Shown: piece after piece, positions 23,712-36,515 of the stretch
Layout of the letters: each line of letters begins with the position of its first letter
Position numbering within the stretch: position 1 is the first letter of the stretch
Assembly: GCA_002633005.1 (NCBI GenBank)
Contig: NMRA01000491.1
Location: 142,809-206,808 of the forward strand
Reading direction: 5' to 3'
Origin: Phoronis australis
Lineage: Eukaryota; Animalia; Phoronida
Length of the DNA: 64,000 bases
The notes under the pieces: model-generated
The model's input: only the letters and a program-made list of their open reading frames with translations
Database searches by the model: none
Told to the model about the DNA's origin: nothing
Program-made: the position numbers and the translations under genes

Positions 23712-25898
23712 CAGGGCTCAACGCTATTAAAATCGCCAGGTCGCATTTTGCGACCTAGCCAAAATCCCAGGTCGCATTTTCAAAATCCAGCTCGCATTCG
23801 TAAATGCCAGGTCGCAAAAATTTCCCGCCATTTTTACGCGCCAAAATAGATTTTTTAGATCATCGAGAAAATGTTTAGATTATGCTCTTACCTGCAGCGT
23901 TAAATGCTCACAAATTTCGGATCTCAAAATTGACTTCATTCATGCAGGTACGGCCTTACTGTTCTTCACGACCGCCATTGAAAGTCTCTAGAGCGCAAGC
24001 CAAGTTGCCGGCGTGAAAGTTGAATCAGTGCTCTCTAACTGACTTGTGCATTCGAGTAGCTAAATTTGCGAAGTGAAAAGGGAGAAAATGCCCGTTGAAA
24101 AAAGTATCTGGGATTTTGTTAGATCTGGTCTGCTACTGGCCGTCATCAAAGTCGTTAACGATTCAAACTAACTCGGGTAATCGCGAGTTTGCTCTTCAAT
24201 ACCTTCCAAGTACGGGAAAAAATAGGTCAGTCGCAAAACGACACGCACGTCACTAGTGTTAACTTTCTTTCCGAGGTATAAAACAAAGCCGAGATTTGGT
24301 TTTTACATATTGTGAAAAGACGTTTTTGAAAACTGAAGTTGTGTAAAATGAAACTGACACACACCATATAAGCTGCGTGTCAATTTTAAACCACACGCGG
24401 TCGTTTGTAGTGCGCAATGATGGGCGCTAGCTTGAACTGTGGGCGCTTAATTAGAAATTCTCAAAATTTCAGGGGGGACTTTTAATAGATCAGTGAGCGC
24501 TTATTATGAAACACTTTAAAGGTAGGGAGTAGGCTTGTGCGTGAGCATAGTCGTTAACCTCAGTGTTTGCGGTAATAAGATATTAAAACGCTGCAATGGT
24601 AAAAAACGTTATAATAATACGATTTTGCGAGGCAAACTCCATCTGGTAGGGGTGACTTTCTGGATATCGTTACCAACTACATTGTACCCTTTTTAGCCAC
24701 CCGGAATGATTTTTTTAACTGCCCGCTTCAGCCGGAACAAGGTTGTTTCTATAGGAGTCTGAACATTTTACGGCGAAGGTGGTTCGGGGAGCGAAAAGTT
24801 GCCGGGGGGTGTATAAAGAGAAGAATGAAAAGTTCGCTAACTTGAACCACAATTTCGCATCTAGTGCCAGTTTAGTTGCAATAGCTGGCTACGGGCATAG
24901 AATACAGGGTTTAGAGAACACCGACCTCGGGAAACATCGGAACAGGATAACGTTAGTTCTGGGTTATATCCGTCCCGGGACATCGGGTCTTTTATAACCG
25001 CTGGGAATCTGAGTTCATTTTCAAATAAACCAGAGCCAAGCCGGTATACTCTTTCATTTAGGACTGTCGCTGTTCTTTGAAGTGGTGCGCACGCGTGAGT
25101 TCACGCACTTGAATCGCTGGAGTAGGCCTACACTTTACGTTGGCAACAACGTGTGAAAGACAAATCATATTTCGCGCACGTAGCCCCAGAAACAAGTAAA
25201 GGGTTTGAGAATTTCTTGGCAACTGAAAGTAAAGACGTGACCGTCGTTAGGCGATTAATAAGGTTGTCATTTTCACTTTGGCTGTCTTAATACGATAAAA
25301 AGGAGAAGCACATCTCAGTCTAAGTCACGATTGTCTGCCGGGGCCGCTTGTGCGCTAACGGTGCCGCAGTGCGATGTCAGGGATATTGTCGTGGATATTT
25401 GGTACATGTAATAAGGACATCTTATGTGAAAAATAAACCTTTTTGCCCACCACAAAGTTTGGTAAGTTGATCGCTTAAGAATTAATAGAAACACCATTGT
25501 TTTGTGAAGTTTTATCACGTGTTCAGCAGTGGCCCGAAACTTTCTTCCGCGAATCCGGGAATTTACAAAAGTGGCCGAAAGTGTTAGCCAGTGGAACACG
25601 TCAACGATCGATTCTGAATATCCAATGTTCACGCGAATTGCTTACAAGTCATCGGGAGGGCTGTTCTCGGTTAGTGTTCTTTTGCACTTGTATTTGGCAA
25701 CAACCAAATAACGGTCGGATTAACAAGAGCTGCTTTGTATTTGCCAGGTATCTGTTGAGAAGTGTAAAAACTCAGCTCGCATTCGTTGGAAATTCCAGGT
25801 CACATTTTGCGACTTTATACGAGCTGACAAAAATCTCAGCTCGCATTTCCAAATTTCAGGTCGCAAATGCGACCTGCAGCTCGTTATGTCGAGCCCTG
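23712..25898. mobile_element. Full-length hAT-like non-autonomous element (~2.2 kb) with 5-bp TSD AAAGA
   Basis: TIRs CAGGGCTCAAC / GTCGAGCCCTG. Many subterminal CAGGTCGCA / CAGCTCGCA motifs. AAAGA at 23707-23711 and 25899-25903. No transposase ORF. Confidence 0.9.
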
Positions 25899-26602
25899 AA
25901 AGACCTGTCTTAATCACTCGCGGTCGATTGGCTACAATGCTTCGCATTGAAGCAAGAGGTATCGCATTCGAAACTTGGATTAGGTGATATTTTCACTGCA
26001 TTGGCGCCCAACAACGGAACATACTTACGACTGCAGAAAGAGACCACACAGCCTCCTGAGTTTGACAGTGCCATAATGGCTGAGGAGGAAGCGCACGTTA
26101 AGGGAGCCGATCTGATATTGAGTCCCAGGCGACATTACCCAACTAGTAATCATTAGATGGGGAAGAGTACGATGAATCAGCAGAGAGTGTAATCTCTTAA
26201 TCACTCGCCTGCAGCCAATTGCTCTTTGGTCAACTGGTTACTGGGATTTTCCTTATATAAGCCCATGGTGTATTCAGAAAACAAAAATTGGAAATACTCC
26301 ATAAAACTGAATTTGTGACAAAAAGTTGACTGGGAGTGAGTTTTTAAGAGGAAATTTTCCGAATAAATCTAAAATGCTCCACTATCTGGACACTTGACAG
26401 CAGAAGTTGTAACACCAAAAAAGGCCCATGGCCATGGATGTTTATTCAGCATACTTTTCCGAAAAAACCCCCATGGGCGTTTCATCGGGTGGGCTTATCT
26501 ACGGAAAACCCCGGTAGGAATGAGGTACTGGGTTCTAAACTTGGACTGCGTGATTTTCAATACATTATTGTCAACATATTGTAAACATCTTTGGCAGTGG
26601 TT

Positions 26603-26704
26603 GAATATAGCAGCCCCTGATTTTGAGAACCAGTTTCATCCACTGAATAATAGGCACGGTTTTCAGTGATTGCCTGGTTCTCAAAATCAGGGACCGCCAT
26701 ATCC
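26603..26704. repeat. Short palindromic MITE-like element (TTTTGAGAACCAG family)
   Basis: CCCTGATTTTGAGAACCAG ... CTGGTTCTCAAAATCAGGG form perfect 19-bp arms, about 75 bp into ITPR intron 1. Confidence 0.8.
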
Positions 26705-26778
26705 ATCCAGTGCCAACATCTTCATCTAGTGACTTGCCCAATTATTGTTTCGCCCGGTTTTGATTTGAAGTTACTCAC

Positions 26779-26882
26779 CCTAACGTGCTGATAAATCCAT
26801 TAACATTGCCTTCAGCGTACAGTGACACGATGTCTCCATAGTGGAGGAAACTTGCCGAAGTCTCCCCCATGCTCATCGTCAT
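26779..26882 (-). CDS. ITPR: Inositol 1,4,5-trisphosphate receptor, first coding exon
   Basis: [35 protein letters not shown]|gtgagt matches ITPR1 [31 protein letters not shown]. The start may be 26882, 26876 or 26870. The phase-2 donor fits exon 2. The exact paralog name cannot be assigned. Confidence 0.96.
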
Positions 26883-26899
26883 CAGGTAATCCCGAAAGT

Positions 26900-29800
26900 G
26901 GGCTACTGCTGCAAAAGGGGTGTCTGGACCGAGCAAGCCAACTGACTAGTGACTGCCAGGCAGACGATTCAACTCGGTCTCAAACTCGTGAACTCAACAG
27001 GTGAAATCAAGAAACTTGGCATTGCTTCGCTGATTGACGCTATGCACAGCACACCTGGCTATGTATACCTTGTTAATAATACGAAAGAGTTTCCTAGAAC
27101 AAAATCCTGGAACAATACACCTTGCAGAAAAGGTCAGCGGCAACACAACAACTTCGGCAGTGTTTCTAACTTCGTGACCTGCAACGGAACCTTGTGCAGA
27201 ACACACATGCGCATTGAGTAGTTGTATTGTGCCACCATCTATTGGAGTTATCTTTGCACTAAACTGTAAGTAACGTACCGAACGTGAACAACGCAATTCA
27301 GTCTCCATGCAGTGAACCGCTTTGCAGACCGCTTTCATAAACTGAAATTAGGAGTGCGCTCGCATTTTCTTCACACATACCCAGTGGCCAAAGTTTGATA
27401 AGGTGGAAATAGTTAGTTCCGTTGAATTTTGAATGCCATTTTTCATGAAAATAGTTTTCAGGGTAGGCCTACGTCATGCCGGGCAGCGCCATTCAGTTTA
27501 GCACCTGCGTAACCTAAATCACAGCGTTCATAAAACATCTTCAGCTAAAAGGATATGAGTACACGCTTGGTCCCAAATGACGCATTTCAACATATCACCA
27601 GTTCTCAACTCTGTGGGCCACGAAAATCGACAACAAGTGAAGGACATCGAACTTCGCTTCGACTTTTTACATAAACTTGGAAAATTGATTGAAAATTAAC
27701 TACACTCAGCGACTGTGAACTTGCGAAACCTACCTAATATATTTCGGATGATGGAATGTGTTTTGTGTGACTGAAATTATTATAAAGAAAAGAACATCTA
27801 TGCTTGCATCCCAAATTGAGATATTAAATTTTACATGGATAAATACTGCAAGGCGGATCCAGGGTTTTCAGGACAGAAAAGGGGCCACTACTTTTGGCAA
27901 CAACAAAAAAGTTATCAAGTAAATCGGCCACGCATCTTAACCCCTTTCTCAATCCGGCCTTGTATTGTGGTGTGACAAATCAAAGACATTTTCGGAAAGG
28001 CATGCTTCCAAGTAGGCTAACCCGACGTTGGTAACAGATTGTACAGATAATTTGTGTTCGCAGTTCTACAGAAATGTTCCGTCATAGCAGCAACAGTTTA
28101 AAGTGGCATTAATCCGTGCTTTCTGTGAAAACCCAGTTCACGTTTGTTTAAGACTGCTTGACATTTTGAAACTGACGGTTCGTTATTTCTTCAGACCATG
28201 AAATTTCATGTCAAGACCCGAGTACCAGATCCCGCTAGAATGAATAAGTAGGCTACACAGAAATCACGGGTTTGGTGCTGCGTTTACAGTAAGAAACACT
28301 TTCATTTCTCACCATGAAAAGTTTTTCGTAAACTTGTTAATTTCCCACATTAATTCTCCACATAGAAGTCACAGGTCGGTCCCATTTGAAAAACGTCTGT
28401 AAGCCTCTCCCCGGGAAATCAGGCTTTAAGCCGCTAAGACAACATGGCGGCGAATTTATTATTTCTTTTTTTAATTGTCACCGGTAAGCACAACATATGT
28501 CCATTGACCCGGACGTGATACCAGCTCGCGTGATGCACAGTAAAGTTTCAGATATCAACACGATCACAAGTTTTCTTCCGATCGCTAATAGATATAGTGT
28601 GAATTCTTTGTCGAAATTCCACAACTAATAAATAATCTAAGGTTGGACTGGACATTATTTAGCGTTTTCTGGCCTAACTACGTACCTTAACTTATTGCTA
28701 GGGATAAATGGGCGAAAAATGAATAATAGAGTAATTTTCCGTTCCGTTGAAAACGTACTTTTCTTGAGCGGCCCGTTCTCACCTTGGGGTTGGACTACAC
28801 TTGGCTGGATCACGGGTCTGTATAACATGTGCGCGTTTCTAATGTTTATTGTAATTTTGTAGATGTATATATAAACCGTAATATTAACTAAAATATATCT
28901 ATGCAGAAATAAATTCCAAAAATATCGAATAGTATCGTAACAAAGCGATTATTCATTGCAGACGTTGCCATGCGTTTCCTGGATGGAGTGTGATGTTTTG
29001 ATCCGCCACTTACGATTAGACCGTCTTCTGTCTAAAATGGTCCTCCCCCGAGCACGTGCCGATTTCGTTCACGGAAGGTAGCAGCCAGTCTCTTGACCAT
29101 AAGACGAGGTCCACGATTCGCAAACTTTGATAGCCACCTTTTATGTAAATGATGCGGTAGTAGTCTATCAACAAAACTTAGCCCCATGAGGCCGGTTCAC
29201 GAAATCGCGGAATGGTCGAGTATTGCGAGCTAACAACGTCTGATCGTCTTATAGAAAGCATACGATTTCAGAGAGATAAAAAACTTTTCGCGTAGGTCAG
29301 TTAACTTAGATTTGTGTAATTTCTGTTCTCCACTAATTTCTTCTTCCAAACTTCGTTCTCCATTCTGACCAGTCTTGTTCGGATACTTCCTGCTCGGAGA
29401 AGTGAAATCCACGTTGGAATGTAATCCAGACATCGGAATCTTGCGTTTCTGTAGCCTACTCCGTTCAGAAGTGAATGACATGGTCACTCTACTTCGACAA
29501 GGGTGTAGGTCCCTTTTCGCTGTTTCGATGCCTCCTTTTACGAAAATCAGAAATCTTCTTTGTCCGATGAAAATGGCACGTCAGTAAAACACTATTTTGA
29601 AGAGAATGGTGCGCCCACTCTTCTCCGAAAAGGGAATGCATATATGACCAGTCTTCGTAACACGCAGGGGATATTTGCAGTTCGTCGAGTTCCGTTACAG
29701 ACTACAAACCATGGACATTTGCGTATTTTCACTGAACTATTATTTAGGTGTATTAAGAGTATCCTTCATTTCTATATAGGTCTAAGGCGTCTGAACTCTA

Positions 29801-32800
29801 GCTGTTGGTGACTGTGCACATACAAAGACATCGGTGCGTGGGATGATGTGGTCTTCCAGATAGTCCGATCACCAAATTGTATGCTTAGATCTAAAAAGGT
29901 CAAGATCAAAAGAGTCCGTTTCCCCTTTCAAGTCGAGTTGTGTTTTTCGAAGTAACCTTTGTTGCACTGCCTGGTCTGTACTCTATCGCTGGATTTTCCG
30001 AGCGCCACTCAGGTCTCACTCAGATGATGCCTTGCAGGCTCCTGTACGGCGTTATTTCGATCCTCCCCTCTCCTCGACGAAGGTTCTTTTGAAGTTTCGG
30101 GAAGAGATAGTTGGTGGGTGCAAGCACAGTTTTGCTCTGTTACCATCATAACTCAAATAACTTATGTTGCACTTCTCTGGCGTTGTTCGAGCGAACGGCC
30201 GTGCCCGCCGTGACTTTCCGAACACATTCAGACTGGCTGTTTAGGAAGACTTGCAGTCAAAGTTGACCTTTGTTTTGCAGGCTCGCGCCAATTTGGGACT
30301 GTCGTTAGATGAAACCTAGAACAAGTAATGCAAGCATGTTTATCTACATGGTGAGTTAATAAATGAACACAGGTGGTGAACTGGCCTATTTAAGTACCAT
30401 GCGTTCAACATCAATTCTTTTACGGAAGGTAGGGCCTACTGTCAACTAGACTAGTTCCTATAATAGGGACCATTATAAACACGTGCGCCAACTGCCTGCA
30501 TGCTTGCAGGCCGGAGGACACGGTTGCCTATATGAGATTGCAACACTTGTCAGTGTGACGACGGGCAGCTAGTAGGGCCTAATACATGGCGATATATGTC
30601 ACGAATACTTAAGTGATCTTGCTTTTTCGCAACTTTCTTGCGTCTACGGAACATAGCCCTGGGTGTTAACCTGCTGTAGAAAGGAAGGCGTCGCCTCGGT
30701 AACAACTGCGTCAGCCGAGCACGTGCATCGATAATCGTGCCTCTAGAGGGAGATAACTAAACGCGTCTTGACAACTCAGTGGTCGAAGATGTTGAGAGGC
30801 GACCGAGTTGCCAAAAAAACAAATTGACGGAAAAAAACCGACGAAGGCGTAATGTGTTACTCAGCTACATCGACGAAATAACTATTTCCCAATAAACAAT
30901 TATAGGTCGCAGCGAACAATGGATTACGTCACACCATTGTCTCAGAATTTTAAACAACAATATGGTGAATAAGACTGCAGTGCCCGGTTGCATGCCAAAC
31001 AGTCCCAAACTGGGACCCAGCTATAAGTTCCCTAAATCTACTGCGTATTCGCGGCCTATCGAAAACACTGATTGTCCTATCTTATGCTGCTTGAGTATCA
31101 TTGCTATGCCACTTTTTGTGAACTCTAGATTGAATTCTCATGCGACGCCCCCAATTTAAGACTAAGTCCCTAACTATTTTGATTGAATTAAGGGCTCAGT
31201 TTTTAGTTATATTATTAAAAAATCCATTAATCAAAGAAGAGCTCGTAACTAAGACAAAATTATTACATATTACATTTGTGCCTAAAGAACGAAACAAGTC
31301 CGAAAAAGATTTAGGGAACTTAGTTGAGTTCCTATTTGGGACTGTTTCATGCAACCGGCCACAGAGAGGTAAAACCACTTGCCTGGACGTGAAAGACAAT
31401 CATCCTTTTCGTAAAAAATAAAGTAACCGACTTCCAATTCACAAGATAAGATATAGGCCTATCAGCTGCCTTCTTGCAACGCTTCTACAAGCTTTCTTAG
31501 GCATTAAACGATGGAAATTTACTCGAAATCAATCGAATATTGAAACCACGTTTATGAAAAATCTATAACCGACCTCGTTTTTCTCAATGTCGTCAGAATA
31601 TTAAGACTTTACTTATGTTGCCTCGGAGAACATCCGAAAGCAGCATTTACTAAAATAAAACAAGGCGCTTCGTAATAATGGTGGACAACAAAGTCCTCGG
31701 AAAAATTATCCGTTTCACTTCGTTCGCAATTGGGTCAAGGCCATCATGGCCACGGAACATGAGGCAAATTCTACGCTAACATATGAGGTTTTGTTAACCC
31801 ATCGCCAAAGTGAGCCTAAGCCAAACCTTGACTAACCCGTAATAATCGATTCACAAATTAATGGTCGTGGCTTAGCCGCGATGGCTACTGTTCGTTTTTC
31901 GGCACTTTAAAAACGGCCATGTTTGTTTAAAATGCCATCCCCTAAACGAAAGACATGCATATTCCAATGCAAAGTTGATTAAAACGTATGTTTCACAAAT
32001 TCGTTTGGGATACTAAAGTGGTTTTTTTTTGCATATATTTTAGACAAAATTTCCCAAAAGTGGAATAAACATGACACTTCATGACTCCTAAACTTCACTC
32101 GAGGCACTGAATACTGTATATTCAGTGACTGTATGGATAATCAAATGTTTACATAGTTCTCATTCTGTTTTGAAAGAAATTCGTTTTTATTACGAAGTCA
32201 AAGCGCAGCTCTATCAAATCGACACAAAAAACGACGAATATCTGCCCGCATAGACGTGTTCAACGTGCTCGGCTGAATTCTATTATTTATCAAAAACTAA
32301 TATGAAACGATTTCAAACAAACATTCCTGCTGTCATTTTTCCGAAAAGTGGAGGGCCTTTTCTGGTCTTTGCCTGTTCACTGACATCCCTACTGGATTTT
32401 GAAATACTGAAGAGAACACTTCGCCCAAATACACGCCGCGGGTTTGCGAAGCAGATGCGACACTGGGCAATGGTCTGATATAACGTGCCCTAATTTTGAG
32501 AACTAGTTTCTGTTACTGAATAACGGGCATCAAACTGGTTCTCAAAATACGGTCACCATATACTGTCAGACTACTGATAATACGGGATACCGGCACTTAC
32601 TACGTAAGCCAACACTGCGTGTACCAGTTGCCAACCGACTAGAGCGACGTCTTTCTTGAAAATGCGAAAATGCGGACACGGTTTGGTTCTACCATTTCCG
32701 GTTCTGATCTCTCGAAAAGGAGGTAACATCCAAATAGTTTGTAAACGATGATTGATGGCTGGCGTTTTTTGTTTTGACCTTTTCGACTGGTGTGCCTTTC

Positions 32801-32819
32801 TTGTGGATTGAATTTCAAA
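26900..32819. promoter_or_regulatory. CpG-rich divergent intergenic region between the ITPR and PIGZ starts
   Basis: CpG is visibly more frequent than in the non-TE intronic DNA of ITPR and MITF (not computed). YY1-type AACATGGCGGC at 28441-28451. The two genes are head-to-head. Confidence 0.5.
32477..32562. repeat. Short palindromic MITE-like element (TTTTGAGAAC family) upstream of PIGZ
   Basis: ATTTTGAGAACTAGTTT ... AAACTGGTTCTCAAAAT. Similar to 11971-12061. Confidence 0.7.
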
Positions 32820-32931
32820 ATGGATGTTGTCTTTGTGATACTGGCATTAGTAAGAGTTGTTTGGACGTTGTATGGACAGTCAGGATACATCCACCCCGAT
32901 GAATTCTTTCAGTCAAGCGAGGTTATGGCTG
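32820..32931 (+). CDS. PIGZ: GPI mannosyltransferase 4 (PIGZ/SMP3), coding exon 1
   Basis: aaaATGG start. Encodes [37 protein letters not shown](G)|gtaac, containing the [11 protein letters not shown] motif of the Alg9-like/PIGZ family. Phase 1 matches the exon 2 acceptor. Confidence 0.93.
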
Positions 32932-34543
32932 GTAACATATTTTTTTCTGTTTTTGTTTTGTCATAATTCAAATTCATGTTATTGTACAGTACTTCACTCT
33001 TCAGTCTTCATTACTTGTAGTTGGGACGTTTAATTTCTCCGTACTAGTAATTGCACAGCATCCAACGACATGAAATTCAAACTGATGAGTTTGGTCGTGT
33101 GACCAGCTGACTTGAGAAGAAGCTGAGTAAGTGATAAGAAACCTCAGCCGTGGAGTCGATGACGAAAATACAAGATGTCTGATTGAGGAGTAGTCGGATA
33201 AAGCAGTCCCGCTTTAAACCGCCATAACGTCTTTGATTTTTAACCTAGAATCAAGATTTTAATATCCACGTGCTCACAAGGCGTATAGAAATTTGGTCTG
33301 TGTTGTTAGTTTTGCCATACCTGTACTGACATTGTCTGTCAAAATTGTCACAGTCAAACACTGCCACTCTCATTGTCAGCATGATCAGTGTGCATGCTTC
33401 TAATGACAGTTACCAATACTCAGCAGCTTGTAATTTGTCAACAGATTTTTCATAAACTGCAAGTGCCAACATCTCTCAGTGTGTTGAGCAACTGGTGTGT
33501 ACTGTTAGCCTTTGTGCAAAGCTGTGTACTAGTCTTAAGTGTACAACTTGGCACCGCTGTGGGTAAAAAACTAGCCAAACAAAATCTGACAAAAAATTAG
33601 TGTCACTGAAACCTACACTCTTCCTTGAGTAAGTTGAATAACTTTTTCGGTGTTAGAAAAATGAACGTTTTGCCGTTATTCTGCTGCTAAAGTTGTGGAG
33701 TGGTCTTTTGCTTCGGATTTCGGCTATTTTTACCCCAATTCTTCAATCAATTGTTCTTCCTCCACGAGGTTGCGTACATTGCGGTACTGGTTTCATTTCA
33801 TTACAAGTTTTTTTTGTATTCTAAAACCAGCGAACCGGATTTCTGAACAAATTTTGCTGCTTCGAAGGTGTCATCATCTCCAAGAGATGTCGCAAAAATT
33901 TAGGAAATGGTGCATGCGTGTGTCAATGTGCGAACTGGTTTTAAAATGGTGACAGGCTTTTGTTTGGTATAACAAGCAGAGGATTGTACAAAAAATGACG
34001 TTTAGTAGATTGTTTTTTGCTTAAGCAGCTGCAACAGGCAGGGTGAGTGTTGGTTGACTCCCAGATTTTACATGCACTCCCGCAGGTCGTTAGCTCTAGA
34101 TGTTGATATAAGTTTCGCGGCGAAGTCATAATCAGAACTCTCCGGGCTGTACAAAATGTCAGGGTTTAACAGAGCTCAACACACAATGCCACCTAGCTGT
34201 ATTTTGATGAGAGTCTTCATGCTGGCTGGCTACTGGTGTATGAGTCTTGACGTCACACAAAAGACTGTGGGAATGTAGTTGGTAGCAGTGTGAGCCCATC
34301 GTGCTTACCATTGTAAATCTATTTCACAAAGTACAGGGCAACATGCAATGTACGTGCTATGCTTCTAATGACAGTATTGAAAACAACTAACTCTTGTGAC
34401 TAAACAGTACTAGTAGGCTAGATGTAGGCAAAATTGGTGTAATAAATAACGGATAAAATATTGAGCATGCAGGTTAGAGCATGGGGCTGCTATCTAAAAC
34501 TCCATAAAATGTCATGTTCTTTTACATGTGGTTCCGATTTCAG

Positions 34544-36168
34544 GAGATATCTTGGACTATGAGGTGTACACTCCGTGGGAGTTCAACAAATCACATGCCT
34601 TGAGAAGTGTGATATCACCAGCAGTGACATCTGGTGTTGCATTCTACAGTCTGAAGATCATGGGCAGACTTTTTGGTGAAGTGGCTACATCTTCCACCTT
34701 GTTGTTACTAGCACCGAGGGTTGTCATGGTGATGTTAAGCTTCCTTGGCGACCTGCTGATGTATAATATATCGGTTAAGTTGAACCGGGATCCCACGATA
34801 TGCAGTTTCCTCTATGCGAGCTCATATGTGACTTTAGTATTTTTTACAAGGACATTTTCAAATACAGTTGAGGCTTTGTTGTTCAGTCTCGTATTCTACT
34901 GTGTTGTAATGAAAGTGTCGAAGACCGATAAGTTAAGTACCCTCATGAATGGTTACGTTGACTTTACTCCTTCAATTGTTTTAAATACCGACATCATACT
35001 GGCAATGACCATTGTCACTGGCATTTTTGTCAGACCAACATTTGCAGCTTTTGTTCTTGTACCGTGCATCATTTGGTTGTTGCATGATGGTTTATCTGCT
35101 GCCCCTGCAAAGTTGTTTACCGCTACCCCTGTGGCTCTCATCACCGCACTAACCCTTGCGGTTATTGACTCTCTGTATTATGGCACATTAAAGTTCCCCT
35201 TATCTTGGTCAGTGTTGACAGAAATGCCCAGCGTTGACTTCTTTCTCAAGAATCTCACCTTCACTCCACTCAAATTCATGCTGTATAACCAGAACACGTC
35301 TAACTTAGCCTTGCACGGTATTCACCCCCGTTACACTCATGTCGCAGTCAACATGCCCATGATCACTGCACCTTTATTGCTTGCTGGTGGATTAGCACTT
35401 GCCACTAAACTAATGCCCATCATATATCGCTTACTGGGCTGGTGTCGGGACAAGATCATTTACAAGAGGAGACCCTTACACCCCCCTGTTGTGCCGAAAG
35501 TGGACTACTCCACAGACATTGCTCTGGCATTGTCTGTTGTGTTACCTCTTGGAATCTTGTCCCTTTTCCCTCACCAGGAAATGAGATTCTTACTGCCTTT
35601 GCTCGCTCCATGCATATTACTTTTCGCGCGCTGGATGTCGAGCCATTTCATGATAGTTCTCTGGATCCTGTTTAATACTTTGGGCATTTCATTTTTTGGT
35701 ATTTTCCATCAAGGGGGTTTGATTCCATGCTTGACCTACATTGGAGAGCAGAACAGTGCTGAACAATTCTTGATCTTCCATCAAACTTACATGCCCCCTC
35801 GCCATTTGCTACGGCGACACAAACGTGTCGAGAGTGCCTTCAGCATTGTAGACTTAGCTGGTGCGCCACCTAGTGGCCTAAAAACAAACTTGGATCAGAT
35901 ATTTGCCTCGCCGAAGGTTTCAAAGTCTATTCAAAACTGTGTTGTGAAATTAGTTACCCCAGCGATTCCTAGTGTTCTTCAGAAGACGAAGGAATACAAG
36001 AGCTATTCTTTTGAACTACATAAAGAGTTCAGACCACATTTGTCGATGGAATCGCCACCAGATTTGGGTAAACTTTTCAAAACAAACAAAGGTTCTTGGT
36101 TGTCGCTACTTGCTGAATTGTATAAAGATCTCAAGTTAAATTTATACTGTGTTACTGTGCACCACTAG
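34544..36168 (+). CDS. PIGZ: GPI mannosyltransferase 4 (PIGZ/SMP3), coding exon 2; 578 aa in total with exon 1
   Basis: tttcag|GA GAT ATC. Long multi-transmembrane ORF with PWEF, TRTFSNTVEA, RPTF, NLALHGIHPR, PHQEMRFLLP, HQGG, TYMPP and PHLSME motifs characteristic of PIGZ. TAG at 36166-36168. The ORF-track GTG start at 34528 is intronic. Confidence 0.95.
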
Positions 36169-36515
36169 TGGTTATGGTAAAATTACTGTGCACCACTAGT
36201 GGTTATGGTAAAATTTGTTATTTGGGACTGTGTCAAATTACTTGTCTTTAAGATTTAAATTGTTCAGAATTTTAGAGTCTGGCATTAGTTGTTTGACTTA
36301 AAAAAATCATGAAAATAAGTAATTTACAAGAAGTTTGGAATTTTTTAGTGGATGTGATATTCACTACTTGCACACTTTAGTGGTACTGCAAAAATGATTG
36401 TTGTGGATTGTTGTTTAGGACACAATGCCTCGTTTTAGCACCATTTTAACAATGCAAATGTGAAAGCATGCAGCGAGTCTTGGAGTTTAGAAACAGGTTA
36501 TGATAGATGGTTTCA

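Noticed and set aside
26994-27338. 114-aa minus-strand ORF upstream of ITPR
   Set aside because: No recognisable domain; it most likely lies in the ITPR 5' UTR or promoter.
34528-34543. GTG start of the 546-aa PIGZ ORF
   Set aside because: It lies in the intron acceptor tract. The real N-terminus with the HPDEFFQ motif is in exon 32820-32931.
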